In this document: positions 35,087 through 45,141 of the stretch, piece by piece
How the letters are laid out: every line of letters begins with the position of its first letter
How positions within the stretch are numbered: the first letter of the stretch is position 1
Assembly: GCA_963697165.1 (NCBI GenBank)
Contig: CAVOMX010000009.1
Span: forward strand, 32,001 to 96,000
Source of the DNA: Candidatus Bathyarchaeota archaeon
Lineage (GTDB): Archaea; Thermoproteota; Bathyarchaeia; Bathyarchaeales; Bathyarchaeaceae
Direction: 5' to 3'
Length of the DNA stretch: 64,000 nucleotides
Translations under genes and position numbers: made by a program
The notes under the pieces: generated by a model
Database searches by the model: none
What the model saw: only the letters and a program-made list of their open reading frames with translations
Told to the model about the DNA's origin: nothing

Positions 35087-35250
35087 GGGTTTCTATTAAC
35101 ACATCTCAGCGAAAAGCTTCCAGAAAATTTATTTTCCAACAACGAGCCTATATGCAGTTTGTAGCTGAAAAGAAAAGTCTCATAATAAAGAAGGCTTTTT
35201 AGGGTAATCTTTTCTCCCTACTTGCATGGTTTGGCATTCTATTAACAGAA
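35087..35250 (+). repeat. Boundary repeat copies H and I plus accessory motif
   Basis: GGGTTTCTATTAACA..GAAAAGCTTCCAGAAAATTTATTTTCCAAC; TCTCATAATAAA at 35178; TTCTATTAACAGAA at 35237. Confidence 0.8.
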
Positions 35251-35315
35251 GTGCTATTTACTTACTAAAAAAAGTTAGTTATGTCAGAATAGCAGTAGTT
35301 TGGCAGGGATGAAAT

Positions 35316-36482
35316 ACGAATAAGGTAGCAATTATTGGGGTGGGTCACAGCAGATTTGGAGACCGCTCAGACGTTAACCTTTCCGAGTTATCGTTTGAGG
35401 CAATTCAGCCATCCCTTGAAAGTTCAGGATTATTTGCCAAAGATGTTCCCTACATGGCTCTTGGGTCGATGGGTGTCTGGTCAGAGGAGCCTTTACCCGC
35501 CGTTGTAATAGCAGAATACTGTGGATTAACAGGAGCAGGATTGGTTAGATGCGAGGCAGCCTGTGCTTCAGGAAGCGCCGCCGCATTCAATGCCTATTCT
35601 GCAGTCAGGAGCGGTCAGATGGACACAGCATTAGTTGTTGGTGTGGAGAAGATGAGGCAGATAGACATGCCAACCGTGTTGGAGATTATTGGCAGAGCAG
35701 GATATTACATGTGGGAGTTCGAAAATTTTGGCATGACATTTCCAGCATATTATGCTGTTCATGCAGTTCAGCATATGGAAAAGTATGGCACCACAGAGGA
35801 TGACCTTGCTAATGTTGCCGTGAAAAGCCATAAGTATGGTGCCATGAATCCGATGGCTCATCTACGACATGAGATAACTGTGGAGAAGGCGCTAGGTTCA
35901 AGCGTGATTGCGTGGCCATTGAAGCTCTATGATTGTTGTCCAATAACGGATGGCTCGGCAGCAGTTGTTTTAGCGTCTGAAGCGAAGGTAAAGGAGCTGG
36001 GAATCGAAGATCCTGTGTGGATAGAAGCTATGGGTGTTGCTTCGGATACTGCTAACATTTCCAAGAGAGAAAGTTATGTGGGTTTGGATGCTTCTGTAAG
36101 GGCGTCAAGAATGGCGTATAGGATGGCGGGAATATCGTCAAAAGATGTGGATGTTGCAAATGTTCATGATTGTTTTACCATCGCAGAAATCATGGCTTAT
36201 GAAGACTTGGGCTTTTGTGAGAAGGGCGAAGGAGCAACTATGGTCAGGGAAGGCGAGACAGAGGTGGGTGGCAGAATTCCAGTTAATGTTGATGGGGGAT
36301 TGAAGTCTAAGGGGCATCCAATTGGAACCACAGGTGTTTCCATGCTTGTGGAACTGACAAAACAGTTACGTGAAGAGGTTAGACCGAATAGTAGACAGGC
36401 TGCCATGAAGAATTACATTGCCTTGGCTCATAACACTGGGGGAACAGGTCACTATGGCTACGTGACGATACTTCGGAGATGA
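35316..36482 (+). CDS. Archaeal (SCP-x type) thiolase / acetyl-CoA acetyltransferase
   Basis: NKVAIIGVG N-terminus, EAACASG, HDCF, KGHPIGTTG, HNTGG; start codon uncertain. Confidence 0.92.
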   Translation, partial: TNKVAIIGVGHSRFGDRSDVNLSELSFEAIQPSLESSGLFAKDVPYMALGSMGVWSEEPLPAVVIAEYCGLTGAGLVRCEAACASGSAAAFNAYSAVRSGQMDTALVVGVEKMRQIDMPTVLEIIGRAGYYMWEFENFGMTFPAYYAVHAVQHMEKYGTTEDDLANVAVKSHKYGAMNPMAHLRHEITVEKALGSSVIAWPLKLYDCCPITDGSAAVVLASEAKVKELGIEDPVWIEAMGVASDTANISKRESYVGLDASVRASRMAYRMAGISSKDVDVANVHDCFTIAEIMAYEDLGFCEKGEGATMVREGETEVGGRIPVNVDGGLKSKGHPIGTTGVSMLVELTKQLREEVRPNSRQAAMKNYIALAHNTGGTGHYGYVTILRR

Positions 36483-36919
36483 AAAAATTGGATAAGCCGT
36501 TATTATTGAAAAGTGCCAGAACATTAAGGATAACATATAGTCTGCCGATAAGCAGAACCTCAAAGTTCTGGGAGGGACTTAAAGAGGGAAAAGTTTACGC
36601 TACAACATGTAAAAAGTGTGGAAAACTGCATTTTCCTCCTGTGGCGGATTGTGGAGCATGCGGTTCATCTGAGGTAGAGTGGATTGAGTTGAATGGGGAG
36701 GGCGAGGTTGTGACTTTTACTCAGGTTTTTGTTAAGCCAGCTAGCTTCTCAGAGGAACCCGCATACATTGTTGCGATTGCTCGGCTCAAGGAGGGCGTTA
36801 AGGCGTTGGCTTGGCTGACTGGCGTTGAAAGAGAAGATGTGAAGGTGGGAATGAAGGTCAAGCTTGCAGCAAAGGTTTTCTCTGACAAAAGAGTTGCCTA
36901 CGAGTTTGTTCCAGTCTAG
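36479..36919 (+). CDS. DUF35 Zn-ribbon OB-fold thiolase partner
   Basis: FWEGLKEGK..CKKCG..FPP..CGACG; overlaps the thiolase stop. Confidence 0.9.
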   Translation: MKKLDKPLLLKSARTLRITYSLPISRTSKFWEGLKEGKVYATTCKKCGKLHFPPVADCGACGSSEVEWIELNGEGEVVTFTQVFVKPASFSEEPAYIVAIARLKEGVKALAWLTGVEREDVKVGMKVKLAAKVFSDKRVAYEFVPV

Positions 36920-36927
36920 AAGAAAGG

Positions 36928-38133
36928 GTGATGGAAACGACAGATAATGAGATTCAACGGGTAGCAGTTATTGGAACTGGATTGATGGGACATGGAATAG
37001 CGCAGGTTTTTGCAGTTAAGGGCTATGATGTCTATCTTTTGAGCCGAAGCAGGGACAGTTTGGATATGGCAGTTCAGGAGATTAAGTGGAGTCTTTGTAA
37101 GTTCGTCGAAAAAGGCGCTATTAGCAGCGGTGAAGCGGAGGCGGCTTCGTCAAGAATCAGGACAACCACTTTGTATGATGAAGCAGTAGCTGATGTTGAT
37201 TTGGTTTTGGAGTCTGTCTCGGAAAACATGAAGTTGAAGAGGCATGTCTTCTCGAAGATTGATGGAATAGCTCCTTCCCATGCGATAATAGCGACTAACA
37301 CGTCCACATTGAGCGTAACAGAGATGGGAAAGGCAACAAAAAGACCAGAGATGACTGTTGGAATGCACTGGTTTATTCCGCCACAGTTGACGCAGCTTAT
37401 TGAGGTAATTAGGGGCGAAGAAACCAGCAGCGATACTCTAAACGCCATAATGAATGTTAGCAGAAAGCTTGGAAAGACGCCGATACTATGCAAGAAGGAT
37501 AACCGCGGATTTATTGTCAGCAGGATTCTTGTTGCAATGTTTAACGAGGCATTCTGGACGTATAGTCGCAAAGAAGCTTCTATGCAAGAGATAGACTCAT
37601 CTGTAAGATATGGTGGCGGTTTTCCGATGGGCTGGTTTGAGCTTGTTGATTTTGTTGGGGTAGACGTAGAATATGATGTTAGCAAGATACTGCATGAAGC
37701 CCACGGCGAAAGGTATCGTCCATATCTAGAACTCACTGAGCCTTTGGTCAAAGCAAAGAAGCTTGGTCGAAAGACGGGATTGGGATTTTATGACTGGAGC
37801 AGAGGCAGACCAGCTATACCCTCAGAGTTTAAGGGAAGGTATGATGTGGAGCGTTCTTGGGCTGTTGCCTCAAATGAGGCGGCATGGATGGTTCTTGAGG
37901 ATGTTGCCGAGCCTGAGAGCATAGACTTGGGGATGAAGCTAGGGACTGGATGGCCTTCTGGTCCCTGCGAGTATGCCGACAAAAAAGGATTAGATATGAT
38001 TCTGGAGAAACTGGAGGCAGCCTACAGCAGACACCCAATCGAATTGTATAAGCCGTGTCCTCTGCTCAAAGATTATGTGAAGAAGGGTTGGACAGGAAAA
38101 AAAGCAAGAAAAGGATTCTACAAATACACCTAG
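36928..38133 (+). CDS. 3-hydroxyacyl-CoA dehydrogenase with duplicated C-terminal domain
   Basis: GTGLMGHGIA, ATNTSTL, GMHWF, two GxKxxxGFY motifs. Confidence 0.92.
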   Translation: MMETTDNEIQRVAVIGTGLMGHGIAQVFAVKGYDVYLLSRSRDSLDMAVQEIKWSLCKFVEKGAISSGEAEAASSRIRTTTLYDEAVADVDLVLESVSENMKLKRHVFSKIDGIAPSHAIIATNTSTLSVTEMGKATKRPEMTVGMHWFIPPQLTQLIEVIRGEETSSDTLNAIMNVSRKLGKTPILCKKDNRGFIVSRILVAMFNEAFWTYSRKEASMQEIDSSVRYGGGFPMGWFELVDFVGVDVEYDVSKILHEAHGERYRPYLELTEPLVKAKKLGRKTGLGFYDWSRGRPAIPSEFKGRYDVERSWAVASNEAAWMVLEDVAEPESIDLGMKLGTGWPSGPCEYADKKGLDMILEKLEAAYSRHPIELYKPCPLLKDYVKKGWTGKKARKGFYKYT

Positions 38134-38228
38134 AAAGCTTGGGATTTAAAAAATACCAACACAAGGTTTAGGCAGTTAGCTGCAAGAAAACTTAAACACT
38201 ACGGGATATACAAATGAGACGAACATAG

Positions 38229-39230
38229 TTGAATGCTCCAAAAGCAACAAAAAATGCGTTAGAAAACGTTCTTGAAGCCAGCAGTAACGAAAAAATACTC
38301 ATAATCTGCGATGAAGAAAAAACAAAAATTGGAGAAGCCTTCGCAACAGGCGCATTAGCCCTAGACTTGTGGACAAGACTTGTAATTCTCCAAAAACAAA
38401 AAGAACTAAGAACAGAGATACCAGAACAGCTCAAAAAGATTTTAGCCCAAAAAGTGGACATTTACATTAATTTGTTAAGTGGAAACCGCGAAGAGACGCC
38501 ATTCAGAATAAAACTAATAAAAACAGAAACATGCGACCACAAATCGCGTCTGGGACACTGCCCAGGAGTAACATTAGACATGCTAACTGAAGGAGCCTTA
38601 GCCCTAAATCCAGAAGAACATCAAAGAATGCAAAATCAAGCAGAGAAGCTCATGTTTGCTCTAGAAGATACAGTAACGTTGGAGATTTGTAATCCGTCGG
38701 GAACCAATTTGACTTTGCGCACAAATAATCGAAAATTCTTTACAGACACGAAACTGGACTGGGAAAAAATGAAGTGGATGAATCTTCCCACAGGCGAAGT
38801 TATCGTTGCGCCAGTTGAGGATTCGTTAAATGGAAAACTTGTTTGCGACATGGCAGTTGGCGGAATCGGCAAATTAAGAAAACCTGTAGAAGTGACAGTC
38901 AAGAACGGAAGAGCAGAAAAAGTGTTTTCGCAGGACAAAGAGCAGCTACGCAGAATCAAAGAAACTTTTCAGACAGACAACTGGGCAGACATTGTTGGAG
39001 AGTTTGCTTTTGGAATCAACCCTAAGGCAAGGTTTGTAGACGAGTTTCTTGAAGCAGAAAAAATTTTGGGGACAATTCATGTTGCTTTTGGGTCAAACAT
39101 GGACATGCCCGGAGGCAAAAACCCGTCAAAGAATCACATTGACATGCTAATCTCTGAGCCCACAGTAAAGGCTACCAAACAGAATGGAGAAACAGTCACG
39201 ATACTAAAGAAGGGCACCTTCCAAATCTGA
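38229..39230 (+). CDS. M29-like (thermophilic metallo) aminopeptidase
   Basis: NLPTGEV..AP, GEFAFGINP, EAEKILGTIHVAFG, HID. Confidence 0.85.
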   Translation: MNAPKATKNALENVLEASSNEKILIICDEEKTKIGEAFATGALALDLWTRLVILQKQKELRTEIPEQLKKILAQKVDIYINLLSGNREETPFRIKLIKTETCDHKSRLGHCPGVTLDMLTEGALALNPEEHQRMQNQAEKLMFALEDTVTLEICNPSGTNLTLRTNNRKFFTDTKLDWEKMKWMNLPTGEVIVAPVEDSLNGKLVCDMAVGGIGKLRKPVEVTVKNGRAEKVFSQDKEQLRRIKETFQTDNWADIVGEFAFGINPKARFVDEFLEAEKILGTIHVAFGSNMDMPGGKNPSKNHIDMLISEPTVKATKQNGETVTILKKGTFQI

Positions 39231-39718
39231 ATTACAGAGAAGTAACATAGATTCTATGAGGTGAAAACTGTTTCCTTGTTTTCGTTGAAGGATTCTTGAA
39301 GCAGTTTTCCCAACGTTTTACACGAGTCTTGCTCAATCATCTTGTTACGTGCTAAATCCTGAAGCATCATATAGAAGTTGTCTTTGTTCATTACTCCCGT
39401 TTGCATCAACTCGTTTAGTGTTTCCACCTCTTTATGCGTATAGTATCCTGCTTTCTTGCAAGGTAAAGCACAATAACTACAAGAACGATCACCAGAGAGG
39501 CTAGAGGCAGAATCAGGAAAAGAAATTCTGTAGGATCATACCAACACGAAGGCAACAACAAATAAACCAGTTATGAATTCCAACTAACATGGGTAGGTTA
39601 ATGCCTTTAACTCCAGAAAAAAACATATGGAAACGAAAAAGAGATACAGTAAAACACCATAAACAAGTATAATCGAACAAAACATAGAAGCAACATGCAA
39701 AGGACAGTGTGATAAACA

Positions 39719-40944
39719 ATGAAGTATTTAATTATTGTTGGAGACGGAATGGCAGATTATCACGTGTTCCGAATTAGATGACAAGACTCCTCTCCAGGCA
39801 GCAAACAAGCCAAATATGGACATGGTCGCCACAAAGGACGAAATGGACTCCTCAAAACAGTGCCAAACGGTTTGACTCCCGGCTCAGGCACCGCAATTCT
39901 TTCAGTTCTCGGCTACGACCCCACAAGATATTATACGGGAAGAGGACCGTTCGAAGCCGCTGCAAGAAAAATCAAACTAGGCAAAAACGACGTAGTATAC
40001 AGATGCAATACCATCACTGAAAAGGATGGAAAAATAGTCGATTATTCTGCAGGTCACATAACAAGCAGTGAATCTGCGCAGTTAATTGAAGACGTTGAAA
40101 ATGAAACTGGAAAAACCAGACAATGTTGAGTTCTTTGCTGGTTTAGGTTATAGACATTTCTTGATATTGAGAGATTATTTGAACGAGGAAATTGTCGAGT
40201 TTACGCCACCACACGATGCCGATAGGAAAAGAAATTTTTGAGATTTTACCAAGAGCCAAAACAGCAGAGGCACAAAGCACCGCGGACTTGTTGAGTAGAG
40301 ATGATTCTTGAATCTAAAGAGGTTCTGGAAAGATCATCCAGTTAACGTTGCTAGAAGAAGATTCGGGCAAAAGATCTGGAAACTTGATTTGGCCTTGGGG
40401 CGGGGGCAAAACACCGGTTATGCCGTCATTCAGGGAAAAGTATGGTGTGTCGTCTGCGGTTATTTCTGCTGTTGACTTGGTTAAAGGAATTGGTGTTTAC
40501 GCAAAAATGAAGATTGTCGAAGTTCCGGGTGCTACTGGTTTGTATGATACAAACTATGAGGGCAAAGCAGATTATGCGTTAGAGGCTCTTGAAAATTATG
40601 ATATGGTGTTTGTTCACGTTGAGGCACCAGATGAGGCAGGGCACTCTAAAGATTACGAGCTTAAGGTGAGGACAATAGAGGACTTGGACAAGACGGTTGA
40701 CTTGGAAGGTTACTGGATGGACTAAAAGAAGAGTGTGTTGTTGCGGTTTTGCCTGATCATCCGACGCCAATCAGGATTGGCACTCATACGAGAGACCCTG
40801 TGCCATTCGCAGTTTACTCTCCAAGTGTTAAAGGTGATTCAGGTGAAACGGTTTGATGAGGACTCTGCCAAGAAGGGAGAGGTTGGGTTGATAGAGGGTG
40901 AAGCATTTATGTCGCTTGTTCTGGGAAAAGAATCTGTCAAGTAA
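39719..40944 (+). CDS. apgM: Cofactor-independent phosphoglycerate mutase family protein (multiple frameshifts)
   Basis: [49 protein letters not shown]. Confidence 0.85.
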
Positions 40945-40993
40945 CCACTTAACTATGAAATATAGAGCAGTTAACAGAACTTGTCTGTCCTGT

Positions 40994-41218
40994 TTATTCG
41001 ATGTACTTTGTCAGCACCTTAGAGATGGACTTCACAGTTGCCTGTAGCCCCTTAACGACGATTATCATCTCGTTTTTTGTTTTTGCTGACACCTGTTTCT
41101 GTTTCAGCAAATCCACTATTTTGGCTGTTTCCACAAAAATTTGATATTGATGATGATCTATTTGCTCAGCCCAGTGTTTGAAGGCGTCCCTGAATTCCAT
41201 GTCTTCTGAATCACTCAT
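40994..41218 (-). CDS. Small helical hypothetical protein
   Basis: Intact 74-aa ORF filling an intergenic gap. Confidence 0.6.
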   Translation of the reverse strand: MSDSEDMEFRDAFKHWAEQIDHHQYQIFVETAKIVDLLKQKQVSAKTKNEMIIVVKGLQATVKSISKVLTKYIE

Positions 41219-41420
41219 TGTTTTAGCACCGTTCTGAACGTAGAGAATACACAGATTAATTAGACAATCGTAACAAAAAGGTGTTTTCTGCCATTTCGTG
41301 AACTAAAGAACAAAAAAATAACTTAACACTTTCTTGAACGTGATTAGTTATTTATAAAACGTAACCGTAATAGAGAAGATTCAACATACAACATTAAACA
41401 TACCCTAAGAGTGAACAAAA

Positions 41421-42445
41421 ATGAGGATAATCTTGGTGGGATGGGGAGTAGTCGGACAAAGCTTCGCCCAAATCATTGCACACAGAAAAAAGGAGCTGGC
41501 CAAAAAATACGGCTTTCGCCCCCGAATCGTAGCAATAGTCGACAAAAAGGGAGCAGCCATAAACCCAAAAGGACTAGACCTAGAACAAATGCTGTCCCTC
41601 AAAAAAGAGAAAGGAACAGTATCAGCAAGCATCCAACATGGACACCCCAACATGACAGCACTAGAAGCCATAGAATCCGTTGAGGCAGAGGCCATAGTCG
41701 AAGTGACACCCACTAACATCGAAACCGCAGAACCAGGATTATCCTACATCAAAACAGCATTCAAAACAGGAAAACATGTAGTCACAACAAACAAGGGACC
41801 ACTAGCCTTGGCATTGCCAGCCCTAACAGAGTTGGCAGACTACAACAAAGTTTACTTGAGATTCAGTGGAACCGTGGGCGCAGGAACCCCGTTTCTTGAA
41901 TTCGCCAAAAATTGCCTCCAAGGCGATAGAATAGTTTCCATTAGCGGCATACTGAATGGAACCACAAACTACATTCTCTCAGAGATGGACGAAAAACACA
42001 TCACATTCGATGAAGCTCTAAAAGCAGCCCAAAAACTTGGATACGCCGAGGCAGACCCAACAATGGACGTTGACGGCTATGACGCAGCCGCCAAACTGGT
42101 CATCATGGCAAACTGGATAATGGACAAGAAAGTCACTATCAAAGACGTAAAAGTCAAGGGCATCCGCGACGTATCAGCCCAAAACATAGAGGACGCCGCA
42201 AAAAAGGGCGTACAATAAAACTCATAGGCTCCATCGGAGAAACTCTAAAAGTGGAACCAACACAAATATCCAAACATGATCCCCTAGCAGTAGACGGAGC
42301 ACTCAACGCCGTAACCTTCGTCTCAGAATCCGCGGGCGAACAAACCATTATTGGACGGGGAGCAGGCGGAATGGAAACCGCCAGCGCAGTATTAAGGGAT
42401 CTACTAGACATAAAACAGAACCTAGCAAACAAGATGATAAAATAA
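41421..42445 (+). CDS. hom: Homoserine dehydrogenase (frameshift near 42210)
   Basis: GWGVVG, VVTTNKGP, GILNGTTNYIL, GYAEADP, GRGAGGMETASAV. Confidence 0.93.
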
Positions 42446-42460
42446 AACGAGGAAAACGAC

Positions 42461-43871
42461 TTGAAGAATATTGTGATGAAATTCGGAGGCACATCCGTAT
42501 CAAACGGCAAAAACATCCGCCACGTAGCCAAACTAATAGCAGACAACCGAAGCAACGACTGCAGAGTTGTTGCCGTAGTTTCAGCCTTAGAAGGCGTCAC
42601 AAACCAGCTTATCCAAGCGGCAGAAGAAGCAAAAAAGGGAAACCGTGAATACATCCACAAATTCAAGCAGGAAATACTTGAAAGACACTTAACTACCGCA
42701 AAAGAAGCCATCAAAAATAAACAGTTAGAAGATGCTGCTGAGCATGTTGTTAAAGCAAGGATCTGTGAGCTTGAGCAGGTTTTAACAGGAATCGTTTTTG
42801 TCGGCGAACTTACACCAAAATCAAGAGACACAGTCATCTCTTTCGGAGAAAAATTGTCTGCACCCATCGTCAGCGGAGCACTCAAAGACATTGGACTCGA
42901 GTCTGAGCATCTTACAGGAGGAGAAGCAGGAATAGTAACCGACAACAATTTTGGGGAAGCAGGGCTCCTCCTGAACTTTACCAAATATCAACTCAAAAAG
43001 AACCTGGAACCAATGCTGAAGAAAGAGAACCGTTCCAGTATTGACGGGTTTTATAGCGGCAACGCAAGACGGAGAAACCACAACGTTAGGCAGGGGAGGC
43101 TCAGACTACACCGCCACAATTGTGGGAGCTGCATTAGAAGCTGACGAGGTTTGGATATGGACCGACGTGGACGGACTTATGACTTCTGACCCTAAAATTG
43201 TTCCAGAAGCGAAAATAATTCCTGAAATGTCATTCCAAGAAGCCACAGAACTAACAATATTCGGAGCCAAAGCAATGCACCCCAGAGCTTTGGAACCAGC
43301 CCGAAAAGATGGAATACCTGTCAGAATCAGAAACGTGTTTAACCCAGACAATCCCGGAACCCTCATATTACAAGACGAGCAAATCAAAACAAAAGACGGA
43401 GTAAAAGCAGTAACCATAGTCAAGAACGTTGCCGTAATAACAGTCAGCGGAGCAGGCATGGTCGGCGCGCCCGGAACAGCCGCAAAAGTATTTGAAGTTC
43501 TTGGAAAAGAAAACATCAACATCCTAATGATATCTCAGAGCGTCTCAGAAGCAAACATTTCATTAGTTATTCAACGAAACCTGCTGGAACGAGCAGTTAA
43601 CACCCTAGAGATAGCCCTGCTAGGCAGAGACTTTATCCGCGAAGTAATGTCCGAAGACGACGTTTGCGTAGTCGCGGTTTTGGGTGCAGGCATGAAAGGA
43701 ATACCTGGAGTAGCTTCAAGAATATTTTCAGCTGTTTCACAGAAAGGAATAAACGTTCGCATGATAGCACAGGGCTCATCTGAACTTAACGTTTCGTTTG
43801 TAGTTAAAGAAAAAGATGGAACAGAAACCGTTCGGGCAATCCACAAAGAGTTCAAGTTGAGCACAAAATAA
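42461..43871 (+). CDS. lysC: Aspartate kinase with two ACT domains (frameshift near 43030)
   Basis: MKFGGTSV, TLGRGGSDYTA, WTDVDG, QGSSE. Confidence 0.93.
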
Positions 43872-43959
43872 TCCCAAAAAATTCCCTACGTTTCTACTTG
43901 TCGTTACGCATGAGGACTAAAGGATAAGATTTTAAACGGTCAAGATAGACTATATATTA

Positions 43960-44016
43960 TGTGATGAGGGACACCATTCTGAGCTCTCGTGATGATGAGA
44001 TGGAGCGACTCTGAAG
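43960..44016 (+). ncRNA. Box C/D guide sRNA
   Basis: C GTGATGA 43961, D' CTGA 43979, C' ATGATGA 43992, D CTGA 44011, with 11-12 nt guides; TTTAAA ~25 bp upstream. Confidence 0.8.
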
Positions 44017-44224
44017 CAGCTTTACAGTTCTTGCCCAAAAATGGGTCAAGGACTACTGGACGCTTGATGTGACGTAACCGTTACAGGACCAGAAAAGCGG
44101 ATGAAAGCAAAAGCAAAACTCCAGCCGAAGCATGTGAAATAATGTTTAATAGTGGCTAGTTGGTTGGTAAACATAAAACTTTAAGAATAACACTTTGAAC
44201 TAACATGGAAGGAAAACGATCACC

Positions 44225-44320
44225 ATGACCAGACATCACGGCATGACAAAAAAGACTGCTAAAAAGAAACAGAAGAGAACAAAGAAGAAGAGACAGAGAC
44301 GGAGAAGTAAATCCAAGTAA
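44225..44320 (+). CDS. 31-aa highly basic microprotein
   Basis: MTRHHGMTKKTAKKKQKRTKKKRQRRRSKSK; purine-rich RBS-like site, TTTAA upstream, T-run downstream. Confidence 0.55.
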   Translation: MTRHHGMTKKTAKKKQKRTKKKRQRRRSKSK

Positions 44321-44440
44321 TTCAGCCAACTGATAAATATATCAGCTTTTTTAATTAACGTTTAATCACTGAAAAACAAAACGCGTTTTTAGAACAACAA
44401 TCACTGTTCTAAAGCGCCAAAACAATTTCTGTAAAAAGAT

Positions 44441-45040
44441 TTACTCGAGGGTGGCGTGAAGTTTCATCATTTCATCTTCAGTTTTTCCAAGACGATGCAT
44501 AAGCTCAACAACCATGCTGTCAAGGAATACCATGCAGTTGTTCTCGAAGATGGACCCTAAAGGAGACAAAGTTTCGCTTTCACCCAGAATCTGCCTAACC
44601 AGATAATCCTCCTCTTTGGGCCAACCAAGCTTTGTTCTACCGCCAATAGGCATAACAAGATCAGCAAGACCTCCCAGCGGAGATTCAGCATATGAGGTGA
44701 CGGCGACAACCTGTGCACCGATCTCTTTGGCTGTTGAGCTGGCAGTCAACGTTATTTTGGTTGTTCCTGAACCAGAAATTGCTATAATCAGGTCGTCTTT
44801 TCCAGCGGCGGGCGTGATTGTTTCGCCTAGAAAGTAGACGGTTATTCCCATGTTCATAAGCCTTAGGGCAAAGGCGCGTCCAACAAAGCCACTTCGTCCT
44901 TGACCGACAACAAAGATTTTCTTGTTTCGTGAATCCAAGATTGTTTGGATGAATTTTTCTGCCTTTTCCAGATCAAGCTCAGTCATTGCCTTTCTGGCGC
45001 CAGACAAAATCTCTTCAGATGCAGCCATCAACCATTTCAA
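44441..45040 (-). CDS. hxlB: 6-phospho-3-hexuloisomerase (SIS domain)
   Basis: GQGRSG, GETITP, ISGSGTT, PLGSIFE, HATLE. Confidence 0.92.
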   Translation of the reverse strand: MKWLMAASEEILSGARKAMTELDLEKAEKFIQTILDSRNKKIFVVGQGRSGFVGRAFALRLMNMGITVYFLGETITPAAGKDDLIIAISGSGTTKITLTASSTAKEIGAQVVAVTSYAESPLGGLADLVMPIGGRTKLGWPKEEDYLVRQILGESETLSPLGSIFENNCMVFLDSMVVELMHRLGKTEDEMMKLHATLE

Positions 45041-45141
45041 GGGTGTTCACAATGGAGGGGAAACTAGCTCGTATGTTAAAAGTCTTTTCTAACAGTTCAT
45101 GAAATCGACAAAAACAAACAGTGCCCGATTACAAAAGAGGC

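Noticed and set aside
22560..35250. Repeats as CRISPR repeats, canonical attC sites or ORB origin boxes
   Set aside because: Kilobase irregular spacing; no RYYYAAC/GTTRRRY ends; no G-string or adjacent orc1/cdc6
42154..42984. 276-aa minus-strand ORF and similar long antisense ORFs over core genes
   Set aside because: Shadows of well-supported genes on the opposite strand
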